From: Macrostomum lignano
Lineage: Eukaryota
Direction: 5' to 3'
NCBI GenBank assembly: GCA_002269645.1
Contig: NIVC01000882.1
Location: 1 to 64,000, forward strand
Length of the DNA stretch: 64,000 nucleotides
This document shows positions 23,720 through 39,073 of this stretch, piece by piece. The notes under the pieces were generated by a model. It searched no databases. It had not been told where the DNA came from and saw only the letters and a program-made list of their open reading frames with translations. Within the stretch, counting starts at the first letter, position 1. Each line of letters begins with the position of its first letter. Both the position numbers and the translations under genes were made by a program.

Positions 23720-26700
23720 TCAAGCCGGGCCCAGCATATTCTCGGGCCGAACCCATCTATCGAAATCGTCGCCGCTCAGCAGGCCGAGGTCCAGCGCCGC
23801 CTGCCGCAGGCTCAGCCCGTTGGCGTGCGCGTGCTTAGCGATGGCAGCCGCCTTGTCGTAGCCAATATGCGGATTCAGAGCCGTCACCAGCATCAGCGAC
23901 TGCGACATCAGCTCGGCTACACGGTCGGCGTTCACTTGGGTGCCCGACACGCAGCGATCGGCGAAGCTGACGGAGGCGTCGGCTAGGAGCGTCATCGAGT
24001 GGAGCACGTTGCGAACGATCAGCGGCTTGTACACGTTGAGCTGCAGGTGGCCCTGGCTGCCCCCGATTGTCACGGCCACGTGATTACCCATCACCTGGCA
24101 AGCCACCATTGATAGAGCCTCGCATTGGGTCGGGTTCACCTTGCCTGAAGCACCGGGTGCGGGAATAAGTTAATTAAAATACATTAGCTGCATATTGATT
24201 GGGTTGGATTCCAGCTTAGATTCCTAAATTTCAGCTTAGACACTCCTCTCACCTGACCCCTCATCTGACCCCTCACATGACTCCCACACCTGACTCACTC
24301 ATTTGACCCCCTTACCTGACCCCTGCATTTGACCTGATCTCACCTGAGACACTCATTTGGCACCCCACCTGATCTCCTCATTCGACTTCTTCGCTGACCA
24401 CCTCATTTGCCTCCTCTCAGCCGATCGCCCTCTCACCTGATCTCCCTCTCACCTGATCCCCCTCTCACCTGATCTCCCTCTCACCTGATCCCCCTCTCAC
24501 CTGATCTCCCTCTCACCTGATCCCCCTCTCACCCGATCCCCCTCTCACCTGACCCCCGCTCACTTCATTTCCCGTCTTACGTGACCCCACTCCCACTTAC
24601 ACCGACCCCCTCACCGGGCATGATGCTGGATCCGGGCTCATTCTCTGGTAGCGTCAGCTCGCCCAGGCCGCAGCGAGGCCCGGAGCCGAGCAGGCGGAAG
24701 TCGTTGGCCAGCTTGGTGAGCGAGCAGGCCGTCGTGTTGAGCGAGCCGCTGAGCTCCACCAGAGCGTCGTGGCTGGCCAGCGCCTCGAACTTGTTGGGAG
24801 CCGATCTTGGAGAGGAAAATGAGCAGACAATAATTCACCGAGCAGATTAGCAAAATAGCAGATACCACAAGCTGAAATCCTATCCCCCAAATCCCTTATG
24901 AACCAATCTGAAATCCCATTCCCCAGATCCCCTATAAACTAAGCTGAAATCCCATTCCCCAGATCCCCTATAAACTAAGCTGAAATCCCATTCCCCAGAT
25001 CCCCTATAAACTAAGCTGAAATCCCATTCCCCAGATCCCCTATAAACTAAGCTGAAATCCCATTCCCCAGATCCCCTATAAACCAAGCTGAAATCCCATT
25101 CCCCAAATCCCCTATAAACCAAGCTGAAATCCCATTCCCCAGATCCCCTATAAACCAAGCTGAAATCCCATTCCCCAGATCCCCTATAAACTAAGCTGAA
25201 ATCCCATTCCCCAGATCCCCTATAAACTAAGCTGAAATCCCATTCCCCAGATCCCCTATAAACTAAGCTGAAATCCCATCCCCTAGATCCCCTATAAACT
25301 AAGCTGAAATCCCATCCCCTAGATCCCCTATAAACCAAGCTGAAATCCCATTCCCCAGATCCCCTATAAACCAAGCTGAAATCCCATTCCCCAGCTCCCC
25401 TATAAACCAAGCTGAAATCCCATTCCCCAGCTCCCCTATAAACCAAGCTGAAATCCCATTCCCCAGATCCCCTATAAACCAAGCTGAAATCCCATTCCTC
25501 AGATCCCCTATAAACCAAGCTGAAATCCCATTCCCCAGCTCTCCTATAAACCAAGCTGAAATCCCATTCCCCAGATCCCTATAAATTCTCCCTAAAGTAC
25601 AAAGTTCCCATTAAAGCATCCGGACATCCAAAGCCGGTAGAATCCCAAAAGAGACGCCACAGGCGCTGGTCCCTTCGATCCGCACCTGAACGGCAGGCCG
25701 GTCAGGCGTGCCAGCGCGGCGGCCACATCTTCGCCGAATCCCGGCCAGCTGTTCAGCCCGGTGCCGACCGCGGTGCCGCCGATGGCCAGCTGGTGGACGT
25801 CAACTAAGCTGGCATCGATTCGGCGCAGGTCGCAGTCGAGCTGGTGCACGAAGGCGCCGAACTCCTGGCCGACGGTGAGCGGAGTGGCGTCCTGCAGGTG
25901 AGTCCGGCCAAGCTTCACTACGCCCTGAAATTCGTCGGCTTTAGCAGCCAGAGCGTCGCGTAGTCGCTTCAACGAAGGCAGCAACCGGCCAGCGGCTTCC
26001 ATGGCAACGGACACGTGCATAGCGGTTGGAAACACGTCATTTGAGCTCTGGCCCATGTTCACGTGATCGTTGGGGTGCACCGGAGTCTTGGAACCAATCT
26101 GGCCGCCGAGTAGTTCGATAGCCCGATTGCTGAGCACCTCGTTCATGTTCATGTTGGTCTGCGTGCCCGAGCCAGTCTGCCACACAACCAGGGGGAAGTG
26201 CCGGTCGAGCTGGCCGGAGATCACCTCGTCCGCGGCGCTGCAGATGGCCGACTGGACGGCCGGGTCAAGGCCATGCTGACCGTTCACAGTGGCGGCCGCT
26301 TTCTTCACGTAGGCCAGGCCACGAATCACCTGTGACTGTGGAGATTCAGAGGGGGCACCCACGTTTAAAGTCTGTCCTGCGTATTGGCGCTGAACTATTA
26401 CCGCAAATGGGGCCAGTTTGTGAAGTGTCCAGTTTGTGAAGTGACCAGTTTGTGAAGTGTCCAGTTTGTGAAGTGACCAGTTTGTGAAGTGTCCAGTTTG
26501 TGAAGTGTCCAGTTTGTGAAGTGTCCAGTTTGTGAAGTGACCAGTTTGTGAAGTGTCCAGTTTGTGAAGTGACCAGTTTGTGAAGTGAACAGTTTGTGAA
26601 GTGTCCAGTTTGTGAAGAGTCCAGTTTGTGAAGTGTCCAGTTTGTGAAGTGTCCAGTTTGTGAAGTGTCCAGTTTGTGAAGTGACCAGTTTGTGAAGTGA

Positions 26701-27838
26701 CCAGTTTGTGAAGTGACCAGTTTGTGAAGTGTCCGGTTTGTGAAGTGTCCAGTTTGTGAAGTGTCAGTTTGTGAAGTGTCCAGTTTGTGAAGTGACCAGT
26801 TTGTGAAGTGAACAGTTTGTGAAGTGTCCCGTTTGTGAAGTGTCCAGTTTGTGAAGTGACCGGTTTGTGAAGTGTCCAGTTTGTGAAGTGTCCAGTGTGT
26901 GTGAAGTGACCAGTTTGTGAAGTGTCCAGTTTGTGAAGTGTCCAGTTATCTATGAGGTGCCCATTTATGAAGTGTGTAGTTTGCAAAGCTTTTAGTTTTA
27001 TAGTTTTATAGAATATTTATAACTTAAGCGACAAGGTCTTGATTTAATTTATTGGAATAAAAGTGCCTAAGAGCCTTAATGCTACCATCCAACTAAACCA
27101 TATTCAATACACATCAATCTCAAAATAGAATATAATTATCTAATTATACTGTCAAAAGCCTTTTTTTCTTTCGGTTACTTTTCGAAAATATTTGGGAATT
27201 GCGACAGCAGTACGCTTCATGGGCCATTTTAAATGCCATTCTTACTTGATGCCAAAGAGATCTCTGATAGATATGACAAGTCTGACACCAATATATTGAT
27301 AGGCTCGCAACAACATGAGTGCAGAATCAGAATTTCAGACAGACAAAAAATCGCATATAGATCAGTTTTATTGCACCGCTCTGGACCTCAACAATCAATT
27401 TATAACATGCGCATAAATTATGCAGTTAACTTGGAATATCTGGCTCTGGACAACTGCGCAGAACTGGTGCAAAAATCTCCATTATATCAATGCATTTCTT
27501 TGACTCTTACTCTCCCACCCTATATCTCTCTATCACCCTATCTCTACTAGCTGTTCCTGTGCTCAAGCAATAGACACAAATATACAGCAATAACTAACTC
27601 TTACAGGCATTCTGTCTGCATCTCGGCCAATATTGAAATTGATCAGTGACCTGGCAGTCTGGGCGCCGTAATATGCCCAGGAGGGCACTGCTATCTCGCC
27701 AAAGGTGTCCCGTTCTATGCGAGTGTCAGCGGCGCCAGCCCTGACTGACATGCTGGCAATGACAGGATTGACTTGGCGACCCGATAGCAACTGCTGTAGC
27801 AATAATTTGCTGCTGTGCCTGGCTAGTGCAAAACCCAT
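23720..27838 (-). CDS. FH: Fumarate hydratase (class II fumarase), probable mitochondrial presequence, intact
   Basis: Exons 27838-27605, 26335-25686, 24805-24615, 24144-23720; phases consistent, no frameshift. Motifs [42 protein letters not shown] and the signature [15 protein letters not shown]. The N-terminus lacks acidic residues and has several Arg/Ser. Confidence 0.97.
24240..24560. repeat. About 16-bp degenerate repeat (CTCTCACCTGATCCCC), FH intron 3
   Basis: Visible tandem units. Confidence 0.8.
24870..25580. repeat. 36-bp minisatellite (AAGCTGAAATCCCATTCCCCAGATCCCCTATAAACT), about 19 units, FH intron 2
   Basis: Visible; 12-aa periodic spurious ORF. Confidence 0.95.
26412..26945. 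repeat. 16-bp minisatellite (CCAGTTTGTGAAGTGT), about 33 units, FH intron 1
   Basis: Visible tandem units. Confidence 0.95.
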
Positions 27839-28407
27839 CAATGTGAGATATATTGTTTTTGCATAATGGATTTTAGCTTTACCAGTTTTAAATTAAAGGA
27901 TGTGAAATTTTCATACTTTGATAAGGCAATACACAAACCACTGAATGTTGAACTCAGTATTCAGCAGTTTGAAACTTTTCAGCTAATTTCTAAGAATGCC
28001 AAATATGAGATGCAAAATTAATGTTTAAAATTATCTAAATATCTTTCAAATTTAAAATGACAACAATACAAATGAAGTCACACAGTTTGTATTAGCCTTG
28101 GTAATATAGAACCTTTTTAATATACTTCTATTGAAGAAAACTATAAAATTGTTTTTCAGAGCATTGAGCTGGAAAAGTTTTGCAAAAAATAGAAAGGTAA
28201 GGAAATACAAACAATAGAAATTTAGTATGTACTTAGACAGCAAAAACAAATTAGTCAAAAGACATTTAAACATTTTTAGTCTGTTCTTTCTTCTAAATAT
28301 ACATAAAAATGAGTCTTAAATGTTTGAATAATATTTTTAGAGATTTCCAATGATTAACATGTCATTAGAAGGCATGAACAAGACCTTTAAAAAGACATAC
28401 TAAAACG

Positions 28408-30543
28408 TTTTGCATTTCCTAGGCAATAGTTAGTACACATAGTCAGTTTCTAGATTCCTATAATCTGGTTTGTAGAATTTTTCTGTCCATCATCAGTTGT
28501 GCAAAAAGTGCAAACAGTTTGGCATGTTTGTCTGCACTATTGATTTATTATATTTCAATTTCTTCTTGGTTACTTGAAACCAATGTAGCTTCACATCATA
28601 CCAATACAGTGCAGTCAATATTGTTTGCACATGTGGAAATCATTATTTCAAGTCTAGCAATCAATTTAGTTCAATTAGTACAATTTAGTTTAGTATGATG
28701 CAATTCATACCTTTAAGCTCAATGACTACCACTGCTAGCATGTTTTACTTAAAATAGGGTTGCATTCAATGGACTTAGTGCTTTCTGTGATTATTTGACT
28801 CACATCTCAAAATGGCTATGTTACTCTATAGTCATTGCTTTATTTTGCACTGAAAATTTATTCCTATGATTCAATATGGCTAAGCAAGTCTATAGAAACC
28901 ACAGATACTAGAATAACTAGATGTGTTACTTGCAAAAAATGCATTTCTCTACTCTTTTTTCAGTAGCAAAATTAGCATTTTTTGCCTTAATAAAAGTGAA
29001 ATTAAAATTTATATACTTTTAAACGAAATTTTTAAGTTTTTAAAGCTGCAAAATTTGTCTGTGCCTAATTCTACAAGCAGGCTAATTAAATTGTATGCTG
29101 AGTTTTACCAGTTCAAAAATAAATGAATTTAAGCCTTAAGACTATAGAAAACTATAACAATGTAAAATTCCCAAATTCAGTGCTTGGCATAGAGAGCAAG
29201 ACAGAATTAGTGCTGGCGCCCAGACATCTCTCTACTGCTCTCTCATTGGCTAAGCTAGATTGGGCCTGCCCCCCCCCTAGGCTGAGTTTTGTCCATTTTA
29301 CATTCATTTGTGTACATTGAGTCAACAAATGCTTGTTCATTCTTAACCCCATATTCTCTTGAGGCTGCAAGCCCTGAGGAAGGAAAGGAGTTTTATCTTC
29401 TACATCAAATTTAAATTACATTAGCACAGACAACTACTGAAAAAAAGTAGAGGCTCTACTTTTTCACAATTTTAATTGCGAGTGACATTTCTAGTTATTC
29501 TAGTATCTGTGGTAGAAATCAAACAACAAATACTGATTGGCAACAACTAGTTGATGCCTTTGAAGCTAGCAACAAGTCTGACAACTGGAAGGTGTTGACT
29601 AATGTCCTAAACATTAAGAATTCCACTACCAAGCTACCTGGGTTCAAGAAGCTCAGACTGCTAAGTTGAGGTGTAGTAGAAGATAGTCTATTATTAATAG
29701 TATCCCAAATTGGCACCAAGAAACCATTTGTAACTCTCATTAAAGTCAAGGAGCTTCTGCAGTAGAGACTGCCCAGAGAGCCACCTGTTCTATCTCTATC
29801 ATTGCCAGAGTGCTAGAAGGATAGCTCATCACCTGCAAAGTTGCAGGCAAGGATGCCGATGCTCCTCTAGAGAGAAATTGGTGTGAAATTATTGTTGCCT
29901 AGCAGCAGCTTGCCAAACCTGCCATGTTGCATCAAATAGCTGATGCTGAAAATAATTGCTAGAATGAAGGCCTCAGTCTCTGTGACTGGCATACAAGGAT
30001 TCTAATCAAAGTAAGTAGAACTGCTTTAAACAACATCACTATTCAGAAGTGTCAAAACTGATATGGCTATCTGCACCACTTTATGCCCAAATTGCTAGTA
30101 GGTAAGCCAATCATCAATGGATAATTAATAATTCATTGAAGTCTTTCTGATATTGTTAGTATGATTTTGCATAGCATTGAACCAGATAGCTGAAATTTAT
30201 GAAAATAAACTGAAAATGATAAAGGAACATGCCTTTGATTTATAGGATTTGAAAACTGATTGCTAGACTCAATAATAATGATTTCCACTTGTGCAAACAA
30301 AATTGTTGCACACAATATTGACTGCACTGTATTGGTACAATGTAAAGCTACATTCGTTTCAAGTGGACAAGGAGAAATTGAAATATAATATATCAATAGT
30401 GCAGAAAAACATGTCAAACTGTTTGCACTTTTTGCACAACTGATGATAGATGGAAAAATTCTATAAATCAGATTGTAGGAATCTAGATTCTAGAAACTGA
30501 CTATGTGTGGGCCTACTATGCTATTTACCAGGAAATGCTATAA
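28408..30543 (+). mobile_element. Decayed DNA transposon with roughly 260-290 bp terminal inverted repeats and IS630/Tc1/mariner-like transposase remnant
   Basis: About 28408-28667 is the reverse complement, with mismatches, of about 30251-30543. The internal + strand 29525-30000 reads DWQQLVDAFEASNKSDNWKVLTNVLNIKNST...KPFVTLIKVKELLQ*RLPREPP/SISIIARVLEG*LITCKVAGKDADAPLERN, with stops and a frameshift. Confidence 0.7.
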
Positions 30544-31059
30544 AACAAACTACTATAGACTAATAGACCAAGGTGAATATCATATATCAAACATACAAAA
30601 TATAGATTTTGTTGTTTTTAAAAGAAATTTATATTATTATATTATCATAATATTTTTAGAAAATATCATTAAAAGTTATTTCATTAAGTAACTAGTTGCT
30701 TTGCTAAACCATTTTGACTATATATTTTTTACCCCTAAACTTTTGCCCATAGGCCTTCAAACCAATTTGGTTGCAGACTAGTATTAGTATTAGTAGATTT
30801 TGTATAGGTAGATAGGGATCAGTAACAGTGTAAATCTTTGTAGTTCCTGATTTCAGCACGATTGAGCAGGTATGATAATTGCAGTGATGCTAATGTATAA
30901 TAATGCATATACTAATAATATTTTAGTATATAAAATGTAATTAATAATCCACCATATCCTCATACAAAATCATAACACTATAGGCGACTTCCACGAATCT
31001 TAGAAAATGAAAATTAGAAATACAAGAGCTCAAAAATAGGTTTCTTTAAGGTTCCGCAA

Positions 31060-31400
31060 AACTTTGGCTGGCAAACCTCACAAGAAAATTTCCTGCAAGC
31101 AAAGTTCGGCAAGCAAATTTCCTACAAGCAAACTTCGGCAAGCTTATGTGCAGCAAGCAAATTTCCTGCAAGCATAATTCGGCAAGCAAAGTTCGGCAAG
31201 CAAAGTTCGGCAAGCAAAGCTCGGCAAGCAAACTTCGGCAGGCAAAATTCCGCAAGCAAAGTTCGGCAAGCAGACTTCGGCAAGCAAAATTCCGCAAGCA
31301 AAGTTCGGCAAGCAGGCTTCGGCAAGGCGGGCAAGCAAATTTCCGCAAGCAAAAGTCCCGCAAGCAAACTTCGGCAAGCAAACTTCTCGCAAGCAAATTT
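31060..31400. repeat. About 16-bp degenerate array (GCAAGCAAAGTTCG-like)
   Basis: Visible tandem units. Confidence 0.85.
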
Positions 31401-32664
31401 CATAGATCCTTATACGATACACCAATGCATTTAGGCAAAAAGAAAATGTTGTTATAGTAGTAGTAAGAGAATTTGGCTCAGGCAATTAGCCTGTTTGGCC
31501 AATATATTATAGAGCTATGTATTTGGAAAAGTTTTCGAAATAGAAGTTTATAAAGACGATTTGCCGCGAGTTAGTAGTATAAATCGCTTCGTAGAAAGAT
31601 TCATTTTAAGTTTTATTTATTATAATTGGTAAAACAAATTATTTTTGCAAATTGTTGCAGAAATGATTAAATATACATTTTAAATTACTATTGAGTATTA
31701 AAAAAAATTAGCGGGTTCTTAAATTTTTATTAATTTTTCATTTAAAAAATTCTACGTTTATTGACGCAAGTTTAAACTTGTGAACTGTAAATACCCAAGT
31801 CGCCGTTTGAAATGCGAGTGACGAAGTCGTGCAGGCAATTCTTGTCGGCTGTGCTCACTTAGCCGAGGGGAGAAAGTTTTAAAGATTCCTGCTCAAACCA
31901 TTACTGTATTTATAACCATTGGCGATGTTTTGCAGACTGCGTGCGAGGCTTAAAAGCGTAATTCACGCGCGGGAATAAAATCAATTCCAGAATACATTCA
32001 AATATATGGAAACTAAGCGAGTCGGAGAAAAGAATGCGGTCCCTGCGCAACAAATTAAGTCAGCAGGGTGCACAGTGCGTACGGTACGGGGAAAGGACAA
32101 CTTGTTACAGAACTTTCGTAAAGTAATTTAAAAATTAACAGATCACTGTCATGGCTGGCCAGCTGGCATTGCTGGCAACTGTGCTAAAACTAATAATGAA
32201 GTTTTGTGCTACAATATGATTTTTTAAAACTTATATTTATTTCCAATTTATATTCGGCAAATATTGCTTTTAATAAGGTATTATGTATGTTTGTATTTAT
32301 GTGTTTTACATCACATCCTTATATACTAATTCTGACTAGTTTAGGGGCCTATAGGTCTAATGAAACTTCCATGGATTTAATTACAGATTTACGATTACCT
32401 GATTTAGGCTAAATCAATACCCTAATTATTCCTAATTGGAAGGCAAAAAAATTAAGCAAAGGGCATTTTGAAAATTGAACTTTTGTAAGTAACCTAGCTC
32501 TAAGATAAGAAGAAAGATTCTATAATTTTTTTAAGTGGTTAGCAGCCAGCAGTTAAGATGGCCTCTTAACTGTGCAGTTCCTCATTAGAGATTGCTTGCA
32601 CCAAAAGGCAAGACAAATATTAGACTTTGTGAGGGCAACAAGGCACTTAATTGCTCCTTGCTTC

Positions 32665-33236
<572 letters not shown>

Positions 33237-33929
33237 GACTGGTACAAACTTGAACACAAGCGGCCATGTGGTGACAAATAGCAGGATATTATTGTGAAGC
33301 TTTTTCTAGAACTCAGTGGTGATGTGGTTTTCTAAAACTTTCCTCTCCTGTAGGTTGCAACTTAGAAAGCAGTAGCCTGCTCAAGCTAGACAATGCATTT
33401 TGTAAGACTAGCAGCACTAGAAGCACTCAAATATTTAAAGGAAAGCATCAATAAAGTAGTCATAGAGGATCTTGATGGGGAAAGCTCTGGCAATGTGGGT
33501 CCTAGTCATTTTGTCAACTGGCATTTTGTCAACTGGCCATTTTGTCAACTTGGTTTTATCACTGGTCATTTCGTCAACTAGCCAATGAAGCAATCTCAAA
33601 CCTTGGTCACTTTATCAACTGGCCAATAGGAAGTGTTCCAACATTGCTCACTTCATCAATTGCCAATAAAATACCCCCCCCGCAGCTGCCAAAAAGTGAA
33701 ACTGAACCCTGAAATGACTAAGTCAACAGGCTAGGCCATTAATATTCATACCCTCTGCAACATCTGCCGGCTTTCAATTGATGCGTCTCTGTTATACGCT
33801 TGTACATATACTAACAAAATATAATGCACCCATGTGTTTGAAATGTGTGCAGCACAACAGGGTTGACATCCTGTGTGCACATTTGTATATGTTAAATTTT
33901 GAATGCAGAAGTTAATTAAGAAGTAGTAC

Positions 33930-34300
33930 ATGTAGTTGAAGAGTACCCGGACCAAAGATAATGCTTGAAGTGGCCGGGTCCTCTATTTGCAAAACATACA
34001 TATAGAAAGCATTCCAAATCAAGCCATTACATACATGAATATAGTCATGTATGACTGCGCAGCAGGTTGAATTGGACAGAACAGGTCGGCGTGGTGATAC
34101 AAAAGCTGTGTTGGTCACTCGCGTAGGCAATCTTGAAGGCAGCGCGCAACAGGCCAGTGTGTGCTGCGTCAACTTGTTGCTCGAGCGACTTTATCAGCGT
34201 CCAGGTCTTGACAGTATACATATAGCAGGACAGTCTCAATCACCGCCTCGCCTGGAACAATGCTGCCCTCTAGGGGTCAGCTATATATTAAGCTGGCCTC
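33930..34300 (-). mobile_element. Degenerate RTE-like LINE fragment (post-RT region)
   Basis: Minus frame VKTWTLIKSLEQQVDAAHTGLLRAAFKI resembles the RTE consensus ETWTLTK..E..LD..YTRMLR.AL.I as recalled; frameshifted. Confidence 0.55.
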
Positions 34301-34629
34301 GGACTGCAGGACTCCCCAGACTACCATGTAAATGTACTGTAGCTCAAGCTAGTAGTATTGGAACATATTTCAGAGTGGGGGGAGGCTAATGATGGGAGGG
34401 CATATTGCACATAATTTCTTCTAATCTAAGGGCACCCAAACTCCTGCTGTTAGTTTGTGGCATTATGACATAACCAGGCCAATATTCAATTCTGTGTTGG
34501 AGTAGCCGAAAGTCTAGCTGAAAATGCTCAAATTTTCAACTAATTCAAACATTGCGCAACTGTACTGCACTCATTTCAAGGACTGTGCTTAAGTGAATTC
34601 AGTGGTCCTTGACTAATTTATTTAGTATA

Positions 34630-34835
34630 TAGTCATAGATATCTCAAATGAGTGAAAATTGCAAGGGCAAGACCAGTAATTTTCTAGATCTCTTGGTGCT
34701 ATCTATTCTTTTAGCTGATGGCATTTTAGTTATTTTGGTTGCAGCACCCGTAGCGGTTTAATTAAGTCTTGGGATTGCGACAGACTCGAAATTTTGATCA
34801 GAAGCCCCAAAGGAGAAGGGCTAAATAGCTAAAAC
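34630..34835. repeat. Dispersed repeat of about 200 bp; second copy at about 37400-37620
   Basis: Shared CAAGGGCAAGACCA...TTTTCT-GATCTCTTG...TTTAGCTGAT..GCATTTTAGT..AAGTCTTG.GATTG..GACT..GAA..ATCAGAA..AAGGGCTAAA. Confidence 0.65.
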
Positions 34836-34939
34836 AGGGGTCATCAAACTCCAGTTCACGGGCCACATGTGGCCTGCAAAGTCTCTATCCGGCCCTCGGA
34901 TCCTTTGAATCTTCATAATAGAAATCTGGACTGCTCAAT

Positions 34940-35175
34940 TTTGTGTCTCTTTTCAGCTCTCTTCTCTCACCTCTCTCTTCTCTCTCACCTGTCCTCTCCT
35001 CTCCTCTCTCCTTTCCTCTCATCTCTCACCTCTCTCCTCTCCTTTTCCTTTTCTTCTCCATTCTCTTCTCCCTTCCCTCCTCTCTCAATCCTCTCCTCTC
35101 CTCTCTTCTCTATTTTGTCTCTCCTCTTCTCTTGATCGATCCTCTCCTATTTCAACTCTCCTCTCAATTGTATAC
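34940..35175. repeat. CT-rich low-complexity tract
   Basis: Near-pure pyrimidine stretch. Confidence 0.85.
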
Positions 35176-35213
35176 TCTCTTATCCTTAATAATCCTTAAT
35201 TATCCTTGGGGTT

Positions 35214-35802
<589 letters not shown>

Positions 35803-38800
35803 TCAAATATTTGCATCGAAACAGGCAGTCTGGTATTGCAATTTTTTAATTGCAAAAATGGTTTGTTTTAAAAAAATAAGACAATTAATAAAACAAGTCA
35901 TTGATATAACAATAATTGTAAGCTATACAAGATATGGAGCTGTATCAGCTACATATGTTAAGCCTATCATTCATATAATGAAAATTTTAGTCACTTTGTC
36001 AAAAGGCAAATGGGAAGGACCTAGGCATTGGTCACTTTGTTAACCACCAGTAAAGTCGCCCCAACACTTTAGTCACTTCGTCAACCAAGTTGACAAAATG
36101 CCAGTTGATGAAATGACCATCACCCGGCAATGCAGCAAGTGATGAGCAAGACCCAGCATTTGGTTGAGACAACATTTTTTATTCTAGAATAGAAATCTGG
36201 TATTAATGAGACTAAAAAAGAAAAAATTAGGAGTATAAAAGCTGTATATACTTGAAAAATGTTCTTTAAGTGCAACTAAGGCTCTTTGCACTGGCTAATA
36301 CATGCTTAAAATGTGTAGATGGCTTGCTTGTTGATATCACTTGGTAAAAGTGGCAAGGCAATTTGCTAGCAACAGAAGTCTTTTACTTTGTCATTATCAA
36401 TATAAGCTTGCATAAGATAAAAAAGCTAGCCACATAGCTAAATATCAAAGAAGATAGAACAAATCATACTCTATGCTATAGTTTCAAATTCAATGAGAAA
36501 TTTTTTAGGTTTTGCAAAAGGCCTATAGCCCTGCAGCTTGACAGGGATATTTGGTATCTTGGCAGCAACACCTTGTAGCTCAATAGCCATGTTTAATGGC
36601 TTGACTGCAATTTGCAAGTCAACTGCAGACTGTAACTGTGGGTCACAGACTTGATAGTGCTAGTAAAAAAATATTTGCCCTCAGATACTGATAGTTACAA
36701 GCAGTTATGCGATTCTATCTTAATTAATTTATATAGGAAATTTTAATATTCAATAATAAGTTAACACTAAATTATTAAATTAATTAATTAATATACTTTT
36801 TAACTCAATGCAATGCATTTATAGGCCATGTATAGGCCATGTTGCCTGTTGGCACAAGGGACATATATATTATGTGGCTATAATTGCTTGTGAATCCATT
36901 GTATGGCTGCTTATGTCCATTAAAGGAAATGGCCAACCTATTAATTGTTTTAAGGATATTTGCTTTATCTTTATAAATCTTATTACTAATTCCACAAAGT
37001 TGTAATAGTCTATACTTCTTTTCCACTATTGAGCCACCAGAAGTTGAATCAACTATAAATACATTCTGATTATAACAATTTTTTCTGATGTAGGATTTAA
37101 GATGTCAATGCTCACAAAATAATTGCAAGGCAGGTCAATACTTAGGCTATAAGAGAATTGCTAAGATACAAAATATCAAGTGGGAGTTGCTTTTAGACCA
37201 AGTACTGAATAAAGAGTTAGGGTTAATGTTAGATTAGGCTTTTTGTCATGGCTTAAAAAGTATCTAAGGTCCCAAGACTCAAATAAATGCTGATATATTA
37301 GGCTAAAAAGTTAGATTTCAAAGTTGCTAAATATATAAAGCTTTCTTGAGTTTATTAATATATTATTTATTTAATATTTTTTACTATTTTTATTTAGTGA
37401 ATATCCCAAATGAATCAAAATTACAAGGGCAAGACCAATCACTTAATTTTCTGGATCTCTTGACTGCCTCCTTCAGTTCCTTTCGGCATTGTCTCCTTTA
37501 GCTGATAAGCATTTTAGTGATTTTAGATGCAGTGCCAATAGCAGTTTAAGTCTTGAGATTGTGGTAGACTTGGAATGTCAATCAGAAATGCCAATGTAAA
37601 AGGGCTAAACATTAAAAGCACAGGGCTTAGGCATATTGGATAGAAACTATAGTGGAATGGGATTGAAAACAACATGAACTATTATATGTCTACATACCCA
37701 TTGAGGGTGATGGGGCCTATACATCTAAGTGGTGATGTAGGGCAGGAAAAGAAGAAAGAAAGAAAGAAGGCTTGTTGCTTGAGGAAAGGAGCATAAGCTA
37801 GTGCATACCCCTACCCATTGGCCACTATGTGTTATTTATTCTTATTACAGTATGTACATTGTTTTCTAGGGTATGGATAGCAATGGTACCCTCTAGCTCT
37901 AGCTTGTAGGCTTAGCTCCCAAGACTCAAAAAAGCCAAAGCCCAACACCCCAACATTTATTTAAAATTGAAAAATGGCACATGCAGTATCATGCTAAAAG
38001 GTGGGGCAGGGGTGGGCTTTGGGAGCCTAGTAATATTTATTTTTTTATTGATGCATTTATTCATAATTATGCTTTGCTTTAAATGAATGAGCTAATTTGG
38101 AATTGATTGTTTCAAAAATCTTTTTTTTTGCATTGTAACTCTTATCATCAATCATTGGCAAGAGGTTTATGAGAGTATTTAAATGCAAGATTCATCATGA
38201 GTACTTGACTCAATAAATACTTAAAGTACAAGTACTCAACCCTATTTTTCTAATACTTGATCTCAAGACATTTCTATTATATTTCTTAGTACTTAATTAA
38301 TTGAGTTGAGCCAAGTAGTCAATAGAATTAGTAGCCCGTTTTATGATAACATGTAATGTAAGTGTATGCACTATTGTATTCTAAGAAAAAATTAAAGTCT
38401 ATACTTTAAACAAAAGTTTCATTTACAAGTATTTATCAATTTGCACTACAGGGGGTCTCTGGTGTATTTTGTGCCAAATTTGTGCCCTTGCCACATTTTC
38501 CCAAATGGCACAAATTATTTGAAGGCTAGGTGCCACATTGGCACATATTAATTTTCAATTCAGCGCATACTCTTTTGAGTTTGAGTTGTAAATTTTGAAA
38601 ACCTTTATTTTTATTTTTGTTTGAATCTTTTCCTATAAATTTGTTATAAATAAACCTTTGACCTTATAAATAGGTTTGTTCCTACATTTGTGACAGTGTA
38701 ATTAAAAATCATATGAAAAAACCCTGGGGGTCTCTAATGCACTTGTTCCACAACTATGACACATATTGAGGTCCTTGATACACAATTATTTTGCTGAATT

Positions 38801-39073
38801 TGTTATGAAATATAAAATTATTCTAATGTATGTTTTATATAGCTTTATATTTTATGGGTTAGGACACAGTAATAATGCACAGATGGCATACAGTAGGTAA
38901 CACACAGATTGTTTCCCAAAAAGGTATTCTGGTGCATGCTGTGCTACCTAGCCTTCCTGATTATGTTTACTTATTGTTTATATCTTTTGTAGTAATATAC
39001 AATCTAATAAATAGCCAATAACAATGACTGCAGCAACACAGACAGCTGTGTGACAGCTTCTCAGTCTAGATAA

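Noticed and set aside
25592-26986. 464-aa ORF fusing a repetitive N-terminus to fumarase
   Set aside because: The N-terminal part is the 16-bp intronic array. The real exon is 26335-25686, with exon 1 at 27838-27605.
36805-37026. Short ORFs on both strands, faintly LINE-like
   Set aside because: The similarity is too weak to call.
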